From the NCBI RefSeq assembly GCF_037042905.1, contig NC_087246.1, positions 8,434,001-8,498,000 of the forward strand: DNA of 64,000 bases, read 5' to 3'. Shown here one piece after another: positions 63,961 to 64,000 of the stretch (its first letter is position 1; every line of letters begins with the position of its first letter). Source of the stretch: Lytechinus pictus (Eukaryota). Below the pieces are notes generated by a model, which saw only the letters and a list, made by a program, of their open reading frames with translations, searched no databases and was not told the origin of the DNA. Made by a program: the position numbers and the translations under genes.

Positions 63961-64000
63961 TATGTGATGCATCTCATCGAAATGAGATCGAGACAAGTCG

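Overview
AT-rich eukaryotic, intron-containing DNA, most likely a marine invertebrate. Sea-urchin-like repeat types suggest an echinoderm, but this is inference. No ordinary host gene is recognisable; the window is a dense nest of transposable elements and their remnants. Two elements look complete: (i) a 5.47-kb hAT DNA transposon (9727-15192) with a 5-bp TSD and a 4-exon, 854-aa open transposase; (ii) a 5.38-kb Mag/SURL-type Gypsy LTR retrotransposon (52043-57423) with identical 212-bp LTRs, a 5-bp TSD and one intact gag-pol ORF. Decayed content includes: an AcademH-type RecQ-like helicase with a single stop codon; a Penelope inverted duplication with a hammerhead motif; a second Penelope; Sola2, MULE and CMC-EnSpm transposase fragments; a Polinton-type protein-primed DNA polymerase; LINE pieces; two pieces of a tyrosine-recombinase-like gene; at least 8 divergent SAMD3-like (EnSpm accessory) gene remnants; many MITEs; a 35-bp minisatellite; and a 2-kb purine microsatellite. 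The most striking pattern is that essentially every protein-coding TE piece lies on the minus strand, the only exception being one arm of the Penelope hairpin. This is the layout expected of a flamenco-like uni-strand piRNA cluster transcribed from the plus strand. All family assignments come from motif recognition by eye, not from database searches.
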